Positions 26,561 to 36,682 are shown, counted from the stretch's first letter. The stretch: DNA of 64,000 nucleotides from Abditibacterium sp. (GCA_965246885.1 OZ251992.1:3104001-3168000), one strand, 5' to 3'. The notes: generated by a model from the sequence alone, not told the origin. Translations and numbers: made by a program.

Positions 26561-28165
26561 TTAGGATTTGGCGGCGGCTTGGCCGAGGTTTTTGTTGAAA
26601 GCGGCGAGAGAGGCGAATAGCGAGATGGTTTGCGAGGCTGCGGCCCAGTTTGGGGTATGCGTTAATTCCAGAACAGCGCGGAATTGCTCTGGCGAGATGT
26701 GCCACAAGTCGCTGCGTTCGTCGCCATTGGAAGCCTTCATCAGGCGAAAGGCGAATAGTTCGAGGTTTTCACGCAGATCGGATGGTTTGGCGCTGTTGTG
26801 CAAGCGCGAGAGCAAGGTGACATCGCGGCAAAAAGCGTTGCCAGCGAGTTCGCCGATCTTTCGGCAGGCGGTGAGTTGTTCATCGGTCATGATTTGGAGT
26901 TGTTTCGCAAAATGGGCGAAAAAGTGAGGTAGCAAACCTGTAGCACGACGATTCGATTTCGTCGCGTCTCCAGTTTGTTTATAAAGCAGGAAAGCGCACC
27001 GTTCGAGGTCGTGCCAAAACGACAGAGGTTGTTTGTGGAATAGAGCGGCAGAAATGTGGCTTTGAATTGGCGTATTCTCCAATCTGACGCCGCTTAAACA
27101 ATCGCGCACGAAGGCGACTTTTGATTGGTTAGTCCATTTGGCGGGCGGATCAATCGGATCGAGTAGCGGAAAAACCGTCTTTGGAACTTCGATGTGATGG
27201 ATAACGCCAACGTTGACGTTAGTGCTACTCGAATAATTGATAGCGAGCCAATCGTTGAGATCGCGCACATCATCTTCGCCCAAATCTTCGGATGAACGTG
27301 TCGGCGCCAAGCGACTTTGGAGCGCGTCGAGCAACGTTAAAAGCTGCGCTTCTTCGCCATCACCGCGCAACGGCAAGTTGCGGTACATTTCGCCACTGGG
27401 CGTGTCGGGATGCACCAGAGCACGGTATTTAAGGTGTTTCCACAACCGGATAGCACGCTCAAACGGCACATTTTCAGGCAAATACAACGTGCAATCGCCT
27501 GTTGGGTCTTTAACAAAAGGCTTACTCGCACTCACGGAGGCCAAAAAGCAGGGCAAAAGAAACTGCGCGCTTTCAGTGCGTGCGGAGTTGCCCGATGAAG
27601 GGCCGCGCAACTTGCCATTAGAATGGTGTTTAGCTGCCAAAGGGTTGGCGCCTTGGGAAACGTCGCCAGTCTCGCCTGAAGTAACGGCCAACGTCCCAAT
27701 TTCTTCAAACGAGTCTTTGCCACCGCCGACCGAAAGCAAGGCCGCCAGTGCATTCGGAGTTAGTGGAATGTTGGAAATACGCTGCGCTTTGTTGCGTGCA
27801 TTTGCTGGCAGGTTTCCGGTGCAACTGTTGACTTCCCATTCCTCCTTGGAAACCTTCGGGTCGCACTTTTCACCAGCGACGCGCCGCCCGTTTTGAACGG
27901 AGGGAGCGCAACGCGCGATTTTCTTCCCTTCTTGGAAACGCGGGTGCAAGTCGTTCCATCGGTCGAACGCTGCCATCTGCTTTTGAATGGCCTCTCCAAA
28001 TTGTTGGGGAGAAATATTCGCTTCAAAATCGAAACCCGCCGCGTCTGGTTGCCCTAAATTAATAACCTTGCCCTGCGGCCATTCGCACGCTTGGAGCAAG
28101 TCGTAAAGTTCGCACAGCCCCCAATCGTGCCAAGGGTCGCCAGTCTGTCGCCATTGCATTCTCAT
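26561..28165 (-). CDS. cas8: Divergent Cascade large subunit (Cas8-like) with helical Cas11-like C-terminus
   Basis: Position between cas6 and cas7; N-terminal TGDPWHDWGL resembles Cas8a1/b N-termini; ATGA overlap with the cas6 stop; otherwise not recognisable. Confidence 0.7.
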   Translation of the reverse strand: MRMQWRQTGDPWHDWGLCELYDLLQACEWPQGKVINLGQPDAAGFDFEANISPQQFGEAIQKQMAAFDRWNDLHPRFQEGKKIARCAPSVQNGRRVAGEKCDPKVSKEEWEVNSCTGNLPANARNKAQRISNIPLTPNALAALLSVGGGKDSFEEIGTLAVTSGETGDVSQGANPLAAKHHSNGKLRGPSSGNSARTESAQFLLPCFLASVSASKPFVKDPTGDCTLYLPENVPFERAIRLWKHLKYRALVHPDTPSGEMYRNLPLRGDGEEAQLLTLLDALQSRLAPTRSSEDLGEDDVRDLNDWLAINYSSSTNVNVGVIHHIEVPKTVFPLLDPIDPPAKWTNQSKVAFVRDCLSGVRLENTPIQSHISAALFHKQPLSFWHDLERCAFLLYKQTGDATKSNRRATGLLPHFFAHFAKQLQIMTDEQLTACRKIGELAGNAFCRDVTLLSRLHNSAKPSDLRENLELFAFRLMKASNGDERSDLWHISPEQFRAVLELTHTPNWAAASQTISLFASLAAFNKNLGQAAAKS

Positions 28166-28842
28166 ACCAAACTCCCAAACCCGCTCCCCGTCAGATGTCC
28201 GGCGCCTACGCACCAGGCGAATTGGACGGCTTCGGGAGGGCCTTCGACGAGGATGGGGCAGACGCTGGCGCGTTTGTAGAAGTCGTCTTTGATGTGGATA
28301 AGGCGGGTTTTGGGCGACTTATAGCTCAGGTCGAAGCCGACGCGGGCGCCTTCGGCGAGGTGGGGCAGGCCAGCTTTGTCGAGTTTGTGGTGGAGGGTTT
28401 TGGTGAGGTAATCGGCGGCGCGGGGGTCGTCGAAGAGGATGTGCGGGTCGTTGTCGCCGTCTTTGTCGCCCCGGATGAAAACCGGGCTGTCGGCGCGAAA
28501 GACGCGGCGCGGGCCAAACTGAGGCGTGCTCTGACTCGAAACTTCCACCACTTCCATGCCACAGCACACGCTCGACGCTTGCAGGGCGGCGGCGGCGATG
28601 TGGCGGAGCAACTTTCCGCCGTCGGGCGTGTCGGGCGCCGAGATGTGCCACGTCGCGCCGCGTGGGAACGCGAGGGCGCCCTCGCGCGCGCCGCCGCCTT
28701 GCAACGAGCCAACACTGTACAAACTAAGCCCGTCGTGCAAGGTGTTCGGGCCAAGCCATCGGTGCAACACGCCGGTCAGCAGGTGATTGTAATTAAAACT
28801 CACCGGCTGACGATTGGGACTCAAGGAAAAATGAAGCCTCAT
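28162..28842 (-). CDS. cas6: Cas6 endoribonuclease
   Basis: LHDGLSLYS, SPVFIR, C-terminal G-rich loop GAGHLTGSGFG. Confidence 0.93.
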   Translation of the reverse strand: MRLHFSLSPNRQPVSFNYNHLLTGVLHRWLGPNTLHDGLSLYSVGSLQGGGAREGALAFPRGATWHISAPDTPDGGKLLRHIAAAALQASSVCCGMEVVEVSSQSTPQFGPRRVFRADSPVFIRGDKDGDNDPHILFDDPRAADYLTKTLHHKLDKAGLPHLAEGARVGFDLSYKSPKTRLIHIKDDFYKRASVCPILVEGPPEAVQFAWCVGAGHLTGSGFGSLV

Positions 28843-29012
28843 GGGGGTTGTCGCGGGGTTAAAAAAGCTGATTGTCGTGGGCAACGAAAACCGCCGTGCA
28901 ATTTACCCGGAATGGGGGCGGCACGCAACCCTTTTTTTGGCGTTTGGCAAGTCTTTTTTGTTACCGCGTTCTGCCCTTTCGTTGGCTCCTCAAATGTTTG
29001 AGACAGAGCAGT

Positions 29013-29179
29013 CTGTCAGCGAATGGCGCGGGCCTGTCAGCGAGTGGCGCGGGCCTGTTAGCGAACGGCGCGGGCCTGCCAGCGAACGGCGCGGGCCTGC
29101 CAGCGAACGGCGCGGGCCTGCCAGCGAATGGCGCGCCTCTGTCATTCGTCGGCGTATGCGCGCCAGCGAGTGGCGCGGG
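29013..29179. repeat. 21-bp tandem repeat array, about 8 units
   Basis: Unit CAGCGAAYGGCGCGGGCCTGY, between divergent cas6 and helicase genes. Confidence 0.9.
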
Positions 29180-29353
29180 TAACGGGCGGGAGGAGACCTC
29201 TTACTTCGGAACAATTTCGTTTGTGTTTTAACGATGCCCCTCCCGCCGCGAAAGCGGGAAGGAAGGGACCGACGAAACGCCCTCCGTCTCGTCCAAACTA
29301 ACGCTTCCGACGGACGGAGCGGTTTCTCTTTTCCTGTTCCGGGGTCTTCCGTG

Positions 29354-32300
29354 ATGCAACTCGAACTCTTGCGCCAAGGCGCCCAACTGGCCGGACTGCT
29401 CCCCGGCGCCCCAGTAACAGTAACGGGCGTGCAATGGCGCGGCGCCGATGCGCTCGAACTGTTTTTCAAAGACGCGGCGGGCCGCACCGACTCGCAGATG
29501 CTACTCCGTGAGGACGAGGAGCGGCTGGACATCGTGGGCGAGGCCGGGCGCGCGTGGGCCTACGATGGCGACGGCGCGAGGTTTCGCTTGGTCTGCGAAG
29601 CGCAGCGTATCCGCTTGGCCCATCTGTTCGACCCGCACCTCGCGGTGCACGCTTCGCAGGTGGACGCGCTTCCGCACCAAATCGCGGCGGTTTATGGAGA
29701 CCTATTGCCACGCCAACCGCTCCGCTTTTTGCTCGCCGACGACCCCGGCGCGGGCAAGACGATTATGACGGGCCTCTACCTGAAAGAGTTGGCGATGCGC
29801 GGCGACCTGCGGCGCGCCCTCGTGGTGTGCCCCGGCTCGCTCGCCGAACAGTGGCAGGATGAATTGGCGGCGCGCTTTGGGTTGGAGTTCGAGATTTTGA
29901 CGCGCGACGCGGTGCAACTGGCGCGGTCGGGCAACCCGCTCGCCGAGCGCGATTTGTGGATCGCCCGGCTCGACCAACTGGCGCGCGGCGAAGAGTGGCA
30001 CGCCCTTTTGCGCGACTGCGAGTTCGATGTCGTCGTGGTGGATGAGGCCCACAAAATGTCGGCGTCCTTTTTCGGCGGCGAAATGAAGGCGACCAAGCGC
30101 TACCGCTTGGGCCAACTGCTGGGCGGTGTTTGCCGCCATTTCCTGCTTCTGACCGCAACACCGCACAATGGCAAAGAGGAGGATTTTCAGTTTTTCATGG
30201 CGTTGCTTGACCCCGACCGCTTCGAGGGCCGCTTCCGGTCGGGCGTTCATGCGAGTGATGTGTCCGACCTGATGCGCCGCCGCATCAAGGAGGAATTAGT
30301 CAAGTTCGACGGCACGCCGCTTTTCCCGGCGCGGCGGGCTTACACCGTCCATTACGCGCTCTCCGCCGCGGAAGCGCAACTCTACGAGGCAGTGACCGAT
30401 TACGTGCGGCAAGAGATGAACCGCGCCGACAAATTGGACGGCAAAAGCGGCGCGACGGTCGGCTTTGCGCTCACGGTTTTGCAGCGCCGCTTGGCCTCGT
30501 CGCCTGCCGCCATCCACGAGTCCATCGCGCGCCGCCGCAAACGCTTGGAAACGCGCCTCGCCGAAGCCAAAGCCGGGAGCGGCGCCCTCCCATTCGAGGC
30601 CGCCCTGCCGGACGACGCCGACGACTTCTACGACGAGTCCGTCCCCAGCGAAATCGAGGACGCCGAAGAACAAATCGCCTTGCAAGCGTCGGCGGCGCGC
30701 ACACGGAGCGAATTGGCGGCAGAAATTCGCGCTTTGGAGCGGCTCGAATCGCTCGCGCTCGAAGTGAAACAAGCGGGCACAGACCGCAAATGGGACGAGC
30801 TTTCGGGATTATTAAGCGGCACCGGCGACGCGGCAAGCGAACTCTTCGACGCGCAGGGCGGGCGGCGCAAACTGATCGTCTTCACCGAACACCGCGACAC
30901 GCTCAGCTATCTAACGAACCGGATTCGCACCCTATTGGGCCGCGAGGAAGCCGTCGTCGCCATTCACGGCGGCATCCCGCGCGACGAGCGCCGCCGCGTG
31001 CAGGACGCTTTCACCCACGACAAGGAAGTGCTGGTGCTATTGGCAACGGACGCGGCGGGCGAGGGCATCAATTTGCAGCGCGCGCACTTGCTCGTCAACT
31101 ACGATTTGCCTTGGAATCCCAACCGCATTGAGCAGCGTTTCGGGCGCATCCATCGCATCGGGCAAACCGAGGTCTGCCACGTCTGGAACCTCGTCGCCGC
31201 CCAAACCCGCGAGGGCGACGTGTGGAAAACGCTCCTCGAAAAGTTGGAAAACCAGCGCCAATCCTTGGGCAACGCCGTCTTCGACGTATTAGGCCAGTGC
31301 TTCGCCGACACGCCGCTCCGCCAACTGCTCATCGAAGCCGTGCGTTACGGCGACCAGCCGGAAGTGCGCGCCGCCTTGCTCGAAAAGCTGGAAGGCGCGC
31401 TCGACACCGACCACTTGCGCGCCTTGCTCGACGAGCGCGCGCTCGCCACACAGTCGCTTTCTCTGGAACAAGTCGGGCTAATTCGGGAAGACATGGAGCG
31501 CGCCCAAGCCCGCAAGTTGCAGCCGCACTACATTTCCCAGTGGTTTCAGGAAGCCTTCGCGTCCTTGGGCGGCGACCTGCGCCAGCGCGAGGCCGACCGC
31601 TTCGAGATCGCGCGCACCCCGCTCGCCGTGCGGGAGCGGGGACGAGCGCGGCGCGCTTCGGTTCCCGCGCGCTACGAACGCCTGACCTTCAAGCGCGAAG
31701 CCGTTCACCTTCCCGGCAAAGCGGTCGCCGCGCTTGTGTGCCCCGGTCATCCCCTGCTTGATTGCACCTTGGACTTGCTGTTGGAGCGCGACGGCGATGT
31801 TCTGCGGCGCGGCGCGATTTTGGTGGATGACGAGAACAGTTGCCCCGACGTGCGCGCGCTGTGGATGCTGGAACACGCCGTTCAAGACGCGGGCGTGGAC
31901 AGTGGCGGCGCGCGCGGGGTGGCATCCAAGCGGTTGCAATGGGTCGAAATCGGCGCCGACGACACGCCGCGCGACGGCGGCCCCGCGCCCTACCTCGATT
32001 GCCGCGCCGCCACCGACGCCGAAAAAGCGGCGCTCACGCAGCATCTGGGCGCCGACTGGCTCCCGACCGACGGCGAAAGTCGTGCCCTCGATTATGCCGC
32101 GTCCGTGTTGGTGCCGCGCCATTTGGCCGACGTGCGACAGGAACGCTGGGCGCGCATAGACAAAACGCGCGCCGCCGTGACGGAGCGTTTGACCAAGGAA
32201 ATCGCTTACTGGGACGGGCGCGCCCTCGAACTGCGCGCCGGAGAAGAAGCAGGGAAAAGCAACGCCAAGCTCAACTCCGCCCAAGCCCGCGCCCGCGCCG

Positions 32301-32932
32301 ACGACCTCGAAGCCCGGTTAAAGCACCGTTTGGAATCGCTCGAACGCGAGCGCCACCTGTCGGCGCGGCCCCCCATCGTAGTGGGCGGCGCCGTCGTCGT
32401 GCCACTTTCACTCGTCCAAGCCGCCACGCGCGCCCCTGCCCAATCGAGTAGCCCCAACGACGAGCCGTCCGCGTCCAAGCCCGCGCCGCCCAAAGAAGAA
32501 CCGCCGCTCGATCCCGAACTGCGCCACAAACTCGACCAACTCGCCATCGCAACCGCCCTCGCAACCGAGCGCGCCTTTGGCCACGCGCCGACCGAAATGG
32601 ATCACAACCACCCCGGCTACGACATCGAATCGCGCGACGGCGAAACCGGACGGCTGCGCTTTTTGGAAGTCAAGGGCAAACTCGCCGAATACGGCACAGT
32701 TACCGTTTCGCGCACCCAAATCCTCACCGCCCTCAACAGCCCCGACGACTGGTTTTTGGTCGTCGTGCCCATCGAACGGGCGGGCGAAGGCGACGCAGAA
32801 ACGCTCACCCCCGGCGAGCCGTTCTACCTGCAACGCCCCTTCTCCAAGGAACCCGACTTCGCCGCCACGAGCGTGAATTTTGACCTGCACGCCCTGCTCG
32901 GCGGCAACAGCGAGGGAAGCAACATTTTGTGA
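29354..32932 (+). CDS. SNF2-family helicase with C-terminal DUF3883 PD-(D/E)xK nuclease
   Basis: LPHQ, LLADDPGAGKT, DEAHK, LTATPH.G, ATDAAGEGINLQ, DLPWNPNRIEQRFGRIHRIGQ; GYDIES...LEVKG. Confidence 0.92.
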   Translation: MQLELLRQGAQLAGLLPGAPVTVTGVQWRGADALELFFKDAAGRTDSQMLLREDEERLDIVGEAGRAWAYDGDGARFRLVCEAQRIRLAHLFDPHLAVHASQVDALPHQIAAVYGDLLPRQPLRFLLADDPGAGKTIMTGLYLKELAMRGDLRRALVVCPGSLAEQWQDELAARFGLEFEILTRDAVQLARSGNPLAERDLWIARLDQLARGEEWHALLRDCEFDVVVVDEAHKMSASFFGGEMKATKRYRLGQLLGGVCRHFLLLTATPHNGKEEDFQFFMALLDPDRFEGRFRSGVHASDVSDLMRRRIKEELVKFDGTPLFPARRAYTVHYALSAAEAQLYEAVTDYVRQEMNRADKLDGKSGATVGFALTVLQRRLASSPAAIHESIARRRKRLETRLAEAKAGSGALPFEAALPDDADDFYDESVPSEIEDAEEQIALQASAARTRSELAAEIRALERLESLALEVKQAGTDRKWDELSGLLSGTGDAASELFDAQGGRRKLIVFTEHRDTLSYLTNRIRTLLGREEAVVAIHGGIPRDERRRVQDAFTHDKEVLVLLATDAAGEGINLQRAHLLVNYDLPWNPNRIEQRFGRIHRIGQTEVCHVWNLVAAQTREGDVWKTLLEKLENQRQSLGNAVFDVLGQCFADTPLRQLLIEAVRYGDQPEVRAALLEKLEGALDTDHLRALLDERALATQSLSLEQVGLIREDMERAQARKLQPHYISQWFQEAFASLGGDLRQREADRFEIARTPLAVRERGRARRASVPARYERLTFKREAVHLPGKAVAALVCPGHPLLDCTLDLLLERDGDVLRRGAILVDDENSCPDVRALWMLEHAVQDAGVDSGGARGVASKRLQWVEIGADDTPRDGGPAPYLDCRAATDAEKAALTQHLGADWLPTDGESRALDYAASVLVPRHLADVRQERWARIDKTRAAVTERLTKEIAYWDGRALELRAGEEAGKSNAKLNSAQARARADDLEARLKHRLESLERERHLSARPPIVVGGAVVVPLSLVQAATRAPAQSSSPNDEPSASKPAPPKEEPPLDPELRHKLDQLAIATALATERAFGHAPTEMDHNHPGYDIESRDGETGRLRFLEVKGKLAEYGTVTVSRTQILTALNSPDDWFLVVVPIERAGEGDAETLTPGEPFYLQRPFSKEPDFAATSVNFDLHALLGGNSEGSNIL

Positions 32933-32960
32933 AGGGGTAAAAAGGCTACTCAAGCTATCT

Positions 32961-33734
32961 CTAAGCGGGCACGACATCCTTTTTCGTGCGCGCCAGATAC
33001 ACGACGAGGGCGAGGATGGCGGCGAGGAAAAGGAAACTCGTGCCGACGGTGCCCAAACCCATGCCGCCGTCGGCGTGGGACTGGGAAAGCAGATCGCCGA
33101 TGGACGCGCCAAGCGGTCGGGTGAGGATGTAGGCCGCCCAAAACGCGAAAATGGCGTTGAGTTTCAGGCCGCGCCCCAATGCAACGAAACCAATCAGCGC
33201 AGCGAAGAGGACGACGGAGCGCGGATAGCCCAAGTGGAAATGCTCGCCGACCAAATCGCCCGCCGCCGTGCCGAGCGCGAACGTCCACAAGATGGCGCTC
33301 CAATAAAACGCCTCGCGGCGCGTCGTGGTGATGGAGTGAACGGACAAGGTGCCTTCAACGCGGCCCCACACGGCGAAGGTGAGCGCCAGCAGAACGCTGA
33401 ACGCGATAGTCGAAGTGACGAGCGAGACGTGGAAATTGTCGCTCAGGTTGTCGGTAATGAGCGTGCCGACGACGCTTAGGAGGACGACGGCCATCCAATA
33501 CAGCCCGACGACATAGCGCCGCGCGCGGAACTGGAACGCGAGCGCGACGACGAGGAGCGCGCCCATGATAAGCGTGGTGCCCGTCAGCCCGACGTGCAAG
33601 TTCATGTTGAGGAAGTCGGCGAAAGTCTCGCCGACTGTCGTGCAAAGAATCTTAATCACCCAAAAAGTGAGCGTAACTTCCGGCACTTTGTTGAGCATCG
33701 CCCGCGCGGTCGCGGGGGTTGGAAGCGAGTTCAT
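32961..33734 (-). CDS. COG4705/DUF347 repeat membrane protein
   Basis: NKVPEVTL.FWVIKIL.TTVGET.AD, GTLSVHSI..RREAFYW..IL.TFALGTA.GD, AYILTRPLGAS.GD. Confidence 0.9.
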   Translation of the reverse strand: MNSLPTPATARAMLNKVPEVTLTFWVIKILCTTVGETFADFLNMNLHVGLTGTTLIMGALLVVALAFQFRARRYVVGLYWMAVVLLSVVGTLITDNLSDNFHVSLVTSTIAFSVLLALTFAVWGRVEGTLSVHSITTTRREAFYWSAILWTFALGTAAGDLVGEHFHLGYPRSVVLFAALIGFVALGRGLKLNAIFAFWAAYILTRPLGASIGDLLSQSHADGGMGLGTVGTSFLFLAAILALVVYLARTKKDVVPA

Positions 33735-33847
33735 GGAGGGGGCAGACGGCGGGCGGGCGGCGCCGGGTTCACTCAACCGAGCGAACATAGGAACTATCCC
33801 AAGGAAGCAAGTCGGGGACGGCGCTCAAAAGTGCAAACTGTGCGCGT

Positions 33848-33856
33848 CCCCCCCCC
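33848..33856 (+). repeat. C9 homopolymer upstream of the methyltransferase start
   Basis: Nine consecutive C, ending 20 nt before ATG 33876. Confidence 0.85.
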
Positions 33857-33875
33857 AGCAGGGCGGCCATTTTCC

Positions 33876-36681
33876 ATGCCCACGAAAAAGCTCATCGAAG
33901 TCGCTTTGCCGCTTGAAAAGATCAACGAGGCGGCGGCGAAGGAGAAATCCATCCGGCATGGGCATCCTTCGACGCTGCATTTGTGGTGGGCGCGGCGACC
34001 TTTGGCGGCGTGTCGGGCGGTGCTGTTCGCTTCGATTGTGGACGACCCGTCGTCGCACCCCGACCGCTTTCCGACCGAGGAACTCCAAGAAGCGGAGCGG
34101 CGACGCTTGTTCGACATCATCGAACGAATGGTGCCTTGGGAGAACTCGAACGACCCGCACGTCCTGAAAGAAGTGCGCGACGAGATAATGAAGGCGACGG
34201 GTGGGCACCCGCCCGCCGTGCTTGACCCGTTCTGCGGCGGCGGTTCGATACCCCTCGAAGCGCAGCGATTGGGGTTGGAAGCGCACGGCTCGGATTTGAA
34301 TCCGGTCGCGGTGCTGATTACCAAGGCGCTCATCGAAATCCCGCCGCGCTTTGCGAATCGGCGCCCCGTCAACCCCGACGAGCAGACCGCCGCCAAAACG
34401 CACGACTGGACGGGCGCCAAAGGGTTGGCGGCGGACGTGCGCTACTACGGGAACTGGATGCGCGAGGAAGCCCAGAAACGAATCGGCCACTTGTATCCCA
34501 AAGCGACGTTGCCAAGCGGCGAAGAAGCGACGGTCATCGCGTGGTTGTGGGCGCGCACCGTCCCGTGTTCCAACCCGGCGTGTGGCGCGCGGATGCCGCT
34601 CGTCCGTTCCTTCGCGCTTTCGACCAAACCGGGCAAAGCGGCGTGGGTCGAAACGAGCGTCCTCCGCCCCGACGGGGCGCGGCCCCAAGTCACCTTCGCG
34701 GTGGCGACGGGAGCCAGCGTGCCCGCCGACAAACTGGAGGGCACCGTCAACCGCCAAGGCGCGACGTGCTTGTGTTGCGGCACGCACACCGGCTTCCCGC
34801 ACGTGCGCGCCCAAGGCAAAGCCGGACACATGGACGCGCAACTCATGGCCATCGTCGCCGAAGGCACCCGCACCCGCATTTATCTGGCGCCCACCCCCGA
34901 ACACGAAGCAACTGCGCGCGCGGCAGTGCCGGGGTGGAAACCGGAGGTCGCATTGCCCAATAACCCGCGCAACTTCAACACGCCAATTTACGGGTTGGAT
35001 ACGTTCGATAAGCTCTTCACTGCCCGCCAACTCATCGCGCTGACGACATTCTCGGATTTAGTGGGCGAAGCGAAAAGGAAAGTCGAAGCGGATATAATGG
35101 CCAATAACGTGCCCCCCCCCCCCCTACATTTTTCCCCATTCAGACGCGGCGTTATCTGAAGGCGGCGATGGCCCTGCGGCTTACGCCGAAGCGGTGTCAT
35201 TGTATCTGGCTTTCGCCGTAGATAAATGCAGCGACTACTGGTCGTCTCTCTGCTCATGGCATCAGAGCGGAGAGAAAATGAGAAACACCTTTTCACGCCA
35301 AGCCCTTGCTATGGTTTGGGACTACGCGGAAAATAATTCCTTTTGTGATTCATCAGGCAATTGGATGGCTATGGTAGATTGGTGTTGGAAGTGTGTGGAG
35401 CGCCTCCCATCAGAGAAAATGGGGATGGTTAACCAGCAAGATGCTACCCAGTTCACCGCCAACGCGCCGCTCATCTCCACTGACCCGCCTTACTACGACA
35501 ACATCGGCTACGCCGAACTGAGCGACTTCTTCTATGTGTGGCTGCGCCGCTCGCTCGGCGACGTATTTCCCGACTTGTGCGGCACGCTTCAAACGCCCAA
35601 GACGCCGGAGCTTGTGGCTACTCCTTACCGTTTCGGCGGCTCGCGCGCTAAGGCAGAAGCGTTCTTCGAGGAGGGGCTGGGCAAGGCGTTTGTGCAGATG
35701 CGCGCGAACGTCCATCCCGATTATCCGCTCACGGTCTATTACGCCTTCAAGCAAGCGGAGACGGTAGACGAGCAAGGCACGGCTTCGACCGGATGGGAAA
35801 CGATGCTGGCCGGTCTGATTCGTGCGGGGTTCCAAATCACCGGGACTTGGCCGATGCGCTCGGAAATGGCGAACCGGATGATTGCCTCAGATGCCAACGC
35901 TCTTGCGTCGTCCATTGTGCTGGTTTGTCGCCCGCGCGCGGACGATGCGGCGAGCATTACGCGGACGCAGTTTTTGCGCGAATTGCGGCGCGAGTTGCCC
36001 GAAGCGTTGCGGACGATGCAGCATGGCAACATCGCCCCGGTGGATTTTGCGCAAAGCGCCATCGGGCCGGGGATGGGCGTGTTTTCGCGCTATAAAGCCG
36101 TGCGCGAACTCGACGGCAAGCCGCTTTCCATCCGCGCCGCGCTGTCCATCATCAACCAAACGCTCGATGAAGTGCTGAGCGAACAAGAGGGCGACAGCGA
36201 CCCCGAAACGCGCTGGGCCATCGCGTGGTTCTCGCAAAACGGCTGGAACGAGGGCGCTTATGGTCTCGCGGAAATACTCTCGACCGCCAAAGGCACGGCT
36301 GTCGTCGGGTTGGTCGAAGCGGGCGTGGCGCTGTCGCGCGGCGGCAAAGTGCGCCTCGTGCCGCGCGACGAACTGCCCGCCGACTGGAACCCCGCGCAGG
36401 ACAAACGCTTGACCGTGTGGGAAACCGCGCAGCACCTCATCCGCGCCCTCGACCAAACCGGCGAAAGCGGCGCCGCCCGGTTACTCGCGCGCTTGTGCGA
36501 GGGCAACGCCGAAACCGCCGACCTCGCCCGCGACCTCGCTTACCGCCTCTATTCGCTGTGCGAACGCAAAAAGTGGGCGAGCGAGGCGCTCGCGCTCAAC
36601 TCCCTCGTCATCGCGTGGCCCCAAATCCAAGCGCTCTCGAAGGCAGCGCCGACGCCGATGCAGGGGGAGTTGGAGTTATGA
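33876..36681 (+). pseudogene. DUF1156 amino-methyltransferase frameshifted at a C13 tract (candidate phase-variable gene)
   Basis: 5' ORF has KKLIEVALPL, HLWWARRPLA and motif I DPFCGGGSIP; 3' ORF (+1 frame) has motif IV TDPPYYD; removing one C at 35112-35124 fuses them into one ORF. Confidence 0.9.
35112..35124 (+). repeat. C13 homopolymer tract
   Basis: GTG-C13-TACATT at the frameshift point. Confidence 0.92.
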
Positions 36682-36682
36682 G

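Noticed and set aside
28874..28882. Short match (TGTCGTGGGC region) between a spacer and the cas6 upstream region, suggesting crRNA-guided autorepression
   Set aside because: About 10 nt only, at the PAM-distal end of the crRNA; compatible with chance in a 64-kb GC-rich window
29013..29179. 21-bp arrays as possible CRISPR arrays
   Set aside because: Units are contiguous, with no unique spacers and no similarity to the cas-linked repeat
35112..35159. Programmed ribosomal frameshift in the methyltransferase
   Set aside because: No canonical slippery heptamer or stimulatory structure seen; DNA-level slippage or sequencing error is simpler, though transcriptional slippage is not excluded
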